A stretch of DNA of 64,000 nucleotides from Acidobacteriota bacterium (GTDB taxonomy: Bacteria > Acidobacteriota > UBA6911 > RPQK01 > JAJDTT01): positions 6,225,850 to 6,289,849 of the forward strand of contig CBDCJH010000002.1 of the NCBI GenBank assembly GCA_965217775.1, read 5' to 3'. Below the pieces are notes generated by a model. It searched no databases, was not told where the DNA came from, and saw only the letters and a list, made by a program, of their open reading frames with translations. Shown here piece after piece: positions 59,346 through 64,000 of this stretch. How positions within the stretch are numbered: position 1 is the first letter of the stretch; every line of letters starts with the position of its first letter. The translations under genes and the position numbers were made by a program.

Positions 59346-61619
59346 TTGAAACGCCGTCCGGTGCGAAGTGGGCGTAGGTTGGATCGACGCCGGGTCGGGA
59401 TCCTGTTCCTACTGATCCCGTTGGCCGGGTTCCTGTCGATTTGTACCGAGGTCGCAACGCCCCCCGTAAGCGTTGTGGTCGGCCCTTCGGCTCCCGAATT
59501 GGAACAGTTCGCGGCCAGCGAGCTTTGCGGTTACCTGGAACAGCTCTTCGACATTCGGGTCCGCCCAGTCTCAGAAGCGCCCGCCTCCGCCGAGGCGGTT
59601 CTCCTTCTGGGCTCGCCTGAGACCAACCCCCTTCTTGGCCAGGCGCTTCCAGCCGGATCGTTTCCCGAGCTGACCGATCAGGGGCTGGTGTTGCGGACCA
59701 TCGACCTCGAAGGCCGGCCGGCGCTTGTGGTCGGCGGCGGAAGTCCCCGCGCCACCCTGTGGGCGGTCTACGAACTGGCCGAGCGCTGGGGTGTCCGGTA
59801 CCTGATCGACCGCGACGTCCTGCCTCCGAAGAAGCCATTCCAGCTTCCGCAACTGGACGCGGTCATGGAGCCGGTCTTCCGGGTTCGCGCCCACCCCACC
59901 ATCCAGGATCTGGTGGCCAGCATGGAGGGCTGGGGCATCTCCGACTTCCGGCCTCTGATCGATCAGTTGGCCAAGATGAAGTTCACCCGGATCAACGTCT
60001 ACGCCTTCGGCTGGCAGCCCTACCTGCACTGGGAGCACAAGGGAATCGAGCGCAGTTCGGCCCATCTCTGGTACGGCTACCACTATCCCATCACTCCGGA
60101 CACCATCGGGCGGTCCCTTTTCGGAAACGTCTCCCAGTATTGGAATCGCGATCTTCCGCTCACCTCCTCCTATCCCGAATTGATCGAGGCGGGCCAGCAG
60201 TTGGTTCGGAACCTGATGGACCATATCCACAAACGGGGCATGGAGACCGCGTATGCCGCTCCGGTGATCGACTTTCCGCCGGAGTTCGCGCCGCTGCTCG
60301 ACGGCGCCGAGCAGAGCGCGCAACTGAGTGGGATGTCGGTGGTCCCGGGACAAGACACGCCTCTGGAGGACCCCGAGCTTTTCGGCCTCTCCGCCGCCGT
60401 CCTGCGAGCGACGCTCAACAGCTATCCCAAGACCGACGTGATCACCGTGTTCATGCCGGAGTTCCGGCAATGGATCGGGGAGTACGAGCGGGCTTGGGAG
60501 GCCCTCGACGAAAAGTACGGAGTCGGGGAGCTGCTCTCCCTGAGCCGGATCACCTCCGCCGTGCAGCATCGAAAGGGATCGGAGGGGAGTCCCGAGCGGG
60601 CGCTCAACGAGCTCAAGGGGGATATCGCCAATCTCTACTTCTTCGACCGTCTCCTGCGCGACCCCGAGGTATTGAAGGGAACCTCGCGCTCCCGGATCCG
60701 GGTCAACTGTTTCGGGGTCTCGGAAGAGCTCTATCCGATCCTGGACCGGATCTGGCCGGCGGACTGGACTCTGGAGAGCATGCCCTCGAATCAGCCGGTC
60801 CACCTCCTGCGGCGGATCGAGATTCTCAAGGACCTCCCTTCTCAAGTCCTGGGCATCCTGAACCTTACTCTGGACGACGACAACATCGGAGTCATGCCCC
60901 AGCTCACCACCAACTCGCTGTACGAGATCATCCAGGTCATGCACCGTCACGGTTGGCAGGGAGTCATCGCCCGGGAGCGATTCCCGGGAGACCATGACTG
61001 GCCCCTCGCCTACCTTGCGCGTGCGTCCTGGGATCCGAGCATCACTCCCGACGCGGTGGCGCGGGATCAATTGAAGGCGATCTGCGGCGAGGGGTGCGTC
61101 GAGGACATGCTGGCGGCATACCATGAAGTGGAGGCGGTGACCATCGCCTTGGCCAGGTCGGCCTTCGCGTTTCCGGCGGACTGGCCTCCGGCGACGTCAT
61201 TTTCGCCGGGCGGCATGTTGATGAAGTACTGGTACCTGAAGGACCGCGCGACGCCGCCCTATGTGGCCGAGGCCCATGAGGGCTATTCACGGGCTCTGGA
61301 GTCGGCCCGGAAGGCCCGCGCCCAGGCGACACCGGAGGGTCGATGGTACGTGGATTTCTGGGTCGGCCGCCTGGAGTTCGCCCAGCACTACGTGGAGGCG
61401 GTGCAGGCGGTTCACCGGTCCGCCGCCGCATTCCGTTCCGGCGACCGGGCCGGCGCCGTCCGGGAAGCCGACCAGGCCATGGCCGTCCTCCGAAAGGGCC
61501 TGGAAGCCTATGTCCCGGTGGTGCGCAACCGGACCGACCTGGCGGCCATTGCTCTGGTCAACCAGTCGTACCGGCAACTGTTCCAGAGGCGCTGGTCGGT
61601 GAAGACCTGGGGCTACTGA
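59346..61619 (+). CDS. Secreted glycoside-hydrolase-like protein (GH20/67/115-type N-terminal domain + barrel); start uncertain
   Basis: FAASEL..YL, VGGGSPRATLWAVYELAE, IDQLAKMKF; GGAG SD 8 nt before TTG 59346. Confidence 0.55.
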   Translation: MKRRPVRSGRRLDRRRVGILFLLIPLAGFLSICTEVATPPVSVVVGPSAPELEQFAASELCGYLEQLFDIRVRPVSEAPASAEAVLLLGSPETNPLLGQALPAGSFPELTDQGLVLRTIDLEGRPALVVGGGSPRATLWAVYELAERWGVRYLIDRDVLPPKKPFQLPQLDAVMEPVFRVRAHPTIQDLVASMEGWGISDFRPLIDQLAKMKFTRINVYAFGWQPYLHWEHKGIERSSAHLWYGYHYPITPDTIGRSLFGNVSQYWNRDLPLTSSYPELIEAGQQLVRNLMDHIHKRGMETAYAAPVIDFPPEFAPLLDGAEQSAQLSGMSVVPGQDTPLEDPELFGLSAAVLRATLNSYPKTDVITVFMPEFRQWIGEYERAWEALDEKYGVGELLSLSRITSAVQHRKGSEGSPERALNELKGDIANLYFFDRLLRDPEVLKGTSRSRIRVNCFGVSEELYPILDRIWPADWTLESMPSNQPVHLLRRIEILKDLPSQVLGILNLTLDDDNIGVMPQLTTNSLYEIIQVMHRHGWQGVIARERFPGDHDWPLAYLARASWDPSITPDAVARDQLKAICGEGCVEDMLAAYHEVEAVTIALARSAFAFPADWPPATSFSPGGMLMKYWYLKDRATPPYVAEAHEGYSRALESARKARAQATPEGRWYVDFWVGRLEFAQHYVEAVQAVHRSAAAFRSGDRAGAVREADQAMAVLRKGLEAYVPVVRNRTDLAAIALVNQSYRQLFQRRWSVKTWGY

Positions 61620-61666
61620 CCGATTTCCTTCCTTCGACGCCGGCTGATTTCAAGAACGGGGGTTCC

Positions 61667-62605
61667 ATGGTCACACGACGAGAGTTCATGGGATATGTCG
61701 CCGGAGGGGCTCTGGTGAACTTCCTGGTCCCGGGCGCCGCCCTCGGACATGGCGCTGCGGGGGAGTCGAGGCTGACCCTCCGGCCCTATGCGTGGGAAGG
61801 CCCCTATGCCGAATTCCGCAACCAGGGGGCGCGGCATGACTGGCGCCTGTGTGCGGAATTGCGGGCTCCCTGGATGAGCTCGGATGAACGCCTGATCCTC
61901 AGGACCTCCGAGATCGTGGGCTACGAGCAGGCGTACCTATACGACGATCATTTCCCCCCCTACCAGCCGGAGGGCAGAGGAAAAGGGTATCGCCACATTC
62001 CTTTCGAGTGGCGTGAAACGAGCGGTGACGAGGAACTTTCGGCGGACTGTCCGGTTCCCGGACACGGTCGTTTCTGGCTCGATCTGTCGGCTCGGAGCGA
62101 CTACCTGGACATCCGTCTGGGGATCCGGAACGGCCTCGACCGTCCCATGGGGAAGGTGGATTGGCATTTCTGCGTGGTCGGACTCGAGAGCCGTTTCTCG
62201 GACCCCGGTCGGAAGCGAACCTACCTTGTCGACGAGGGTCGGCTGCGCACCTTCAACGAGCTGAGCGGCGGCCCCAAGATGGAACTGTTCAACGTTCAAG
62301 GCGTCGTCGAATTCATCCCGGTCGGACACGAAATGCTTCCCGTGAACCCCGCCGTCGCCGAAGCGCCCCTGGTGATCGTCCAGTCCTCGGAACGGCGGCA
62401 CGTGGCGGCCCTGGCCTTTGAACGGGCCTACAGCATCTATGGCGATCCCGTCGGGAACAAGTGTTTCCACGCCGATCCCTATTTCGGTCCTCTCACCACG
62501 GCCGGCGAGGAACGCCGCCTCAAGGGCCGGCTCTACGTCATGCGAGGGACGCCGCAGGATGCCCTCGACCGTTACCGGAGCGACTTCCAATCCGGCGCGG
62601 CGTAG
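61667..62605 (+). CDS. Tat-exported hypothetical protein
   Basis: MVTRREFMG twin-arginine signal; beta-rich mature part; co-oriented with neighbours. Confidence 0.65.
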   Translation: MVTRREFMGYVAGGALVNFLVPGAALGHGAAGESRLTLRPYAWEGPYAEFRNQGARHDWRLCAELRAPWMSSDERLILRTSEIVGYEQAYLYDDHFPPYQPEGRGKGYRHIPFEWRETSGDEELSADCPVPGHGRFWLDLSARSDYLDIRLGIRNGLDRPMGKVDWHFCVVGLESRFSDPGRKRTYLVDEGRLRTFNELSGGPKMELFNVQGVVEFIPVGHEMLPVNPAVAEAPLVIVQSSERRHVAALAFERAYSIYGDPVGNKCFHADPYFGPLTTAGEERRLKGRLYVMRGTPQDALDRYRSDFQSGAA

Positions 62606-62692
62606 GCGGCGACAACGCTGAAGAACGGTGGCGGGAGCGCGTCGACCCTTCCTGACGATCCTTTCTGACTCTGAAACACGGGAGTGTCTCCA

Positions 62693-63745
62693 ATGAGCCA
62701 ATGCGTTCGTTTCGGCATGCTCGGGACGGGCAACTTCTCGCCCTTTCTGGCCCAGTACATCAATGAGGTGGCGGAGGTAACGGCCATCTGCGACCCCGAT
62801 CCGGATGCCAGGGCCCGCTTCCTGGAAATGACGGGCCGGGACGTTCCCCAGTTCGAAGACTACCGGCTGCTGCTGGAGGAGGCGGAGATCGATGCGGTGG
62901 CCCTGACGGGACCGAATCACCTCCACAAGCCGATGGCGGTGGCCGCCGCCGGATGCGGAAAGCACGTGTTCTGCGAGAAGGCCATGGCGCCCACGGTTCC
63001 GGATTGCTGGGAGATGGTGCGTGCCTGCCGGAATGCCGGAGTTCGCCTGATGGTGGGACACAAGCGCCGGCTACGTCCTCCCTGGGCCAGGATGATCCAG
63101 CTTCGGGAGCTGCTGGGACCCGTCCACACCATGTCCACCATCGGATACTTCGACGCGCGTCAAGACGGCTTTCAGGGTTGGTGGACCCGGCAGGCCGAGA
63201 GCGGCGGGGTCCTGGCCTGCTCGGGGGTCCACGAACTTGACTGGATGCGCGCCATGTGCGGCGACGTGGTGGCGGTGAGCGCCGTCTGCGGCCCTGGGAT
63301 AGACTCGCGCTATGATTTCTCGGACTCCATCCATGTCCTGCTTCGTTTCAGCACGGGAGCGACCGGCTTTCTGGGGGTGTCTCTGTCCTATCCCCTGACC
63401 CGGTACCGGCAGGTCTACGGCGCCGACGCCGTCTGCCGCCGGGGAGGAATGCGGCTGGTCACCTCGTTTCAGCACGTCGACCTCTACTGGAAGCTGTTGA
63501 CGGAATCCGACGAGCACCATGAACGATTCGAGGAACCGGGCGGAAACCCGGTCGGCGCCGAGGAGGCCCTGCGGAAGGAGACCCGGGAATTCGTCCGCTG
63601 GATCACCGACGGGACCGACCCCTGTCTGACTTGGCGGGAGGGGCTCCGCTGCGTGGAGCTGATCGAAGCCGCAAACCGGTCCAAGAGCATGGAGGGAGAG
63701 TGGGTCCAGCTACCACTCTACCCGGAATTGGAAACAGAGTATTAG
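62693..63745 (+). CDS. Gfo/Idh/MocA family oxidoreductase
   Basis: GMLGTG, HVFCEKAMA, SGGVL, GVHELD. Confidence 0.88.
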   Translation: MSQCVRFGMLGTGNFSPFLAQYINEVAEVTAICDPDPDARARFLEMTGRDVPQFEDYRLLLEEAEIDAVALTGPNHLHKPMAVAAAGCGKHVFCEKAMAPTVPDCWEMVRACRNAGVRLMVGHKRRLRPPWARMIQLRELLGPVHTMSTIGYFDARQDGFQGWWTRQAESGGVLACSGVHELDWMRAMCGDVVAVSAVCGPGIDSRYDFSDSIHVLLRFSTGATGFLGVSLSYPLTRYRQVYGADAVCRRGGMRLVTSFQHVDLYWKLLTESDEHHERFEEPGGNPVGAEEALRKETREFVRWITDGTDPCLTWREGLRCVELIEAANRSKSMEGEWVQLPLYPELETEY

Positions 63746-63788
63746 TACGTTGTTCCCAATTTTTTCTGCAAATAGACGAAGAAATTTC

Positions 63789-63814
63789 GTAGGGGCGCCC
63801 CTTGTGGGCGCCCT
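63789..63814. repeat. GTAG-type REP-like palindrome
   Basis: GTAGGGGCGCCCCTTGTGGGCGCCCT: GTAG followed by an imperfect GC hairpin. Confidence 0.65.
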
Positions 63815-63824
63815 CTTCGGTCTA

Positions 63825-64000
63825 ATGCCTCGGATATGCCTTCCGCTGTTGTTGACGCTGCTCGGGGCTACGCTGTCACAAATCCTGGGCAGCCGGTGGG
63901 CAAGCTAAAGGACAAAGCGTGCCGCCGGTCGTGTTCGAAGAACTCGGCCCCGCCTCGGGCGTCGACTTCGTTCTACGGAACTCCGCCACTCCCCGCAAGT
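63825..64000 (+). pseudogene. 5' end of a probable CRTAC1/ASPIC-UnbV family gene with an apparent +1 frameshift (runs off window)
   Basis: Signal peptide MPRICLPLLLTLLGATLSQ stops at 63906; the next frame continues SWAAGG...VFEELGPASGVDFVLRNSATPRK. Confidence 0.5.

Overview
GC-rich bacterial chromosome window. Gene content and style (short PheT, 'MFDQLIES' TonB operon, Oar-type TonB-dependent receptor, PVC-type heme protein) suggest Acidobacteriota; this is inference, not a database result. Positions 1-27.8 kb are core genome: hup, tRNA-Val, thrS-infC-rpmI-rplT-pheST, zapB/zapA-6S RNA-rny-ymdB, uvrA, tgt-yajC-secDF, tonB-exbB-exbD-exbD-TPR, rel, rpmB, hbd, recA, tRNA-Gln. Two families of ~140-240 bp hairpin-forming MITE-like elements (two copies each) and REP-like palindromes are interspersed. 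Positions 27.9-64 kb are accessory: a ZIP-like/ArsP-like fused permease, a ~16 kb regulator-free catabolic cluster in which several enzymes have non-canonical active sites, a Cache-domain remnant, a PVC-type CxxCH protein, a penicillin acylase, an AT-richer SLATT-like gene coupled to an unannotated Pro/Lys-rich micro-ORF, and a TonB-dependent receptor locus. The most notable observations are a ComEA-like helix-hairpin-helix insertion in the SecF periplasmic loop, the SLATT-like gene plus micro-ORF pair, the enzymes with substituted catalytic residues, and the covarying MITEs. No CRISPR array, integrase, transposase or rRNA was seen. All calls are by-eye motif recognition.
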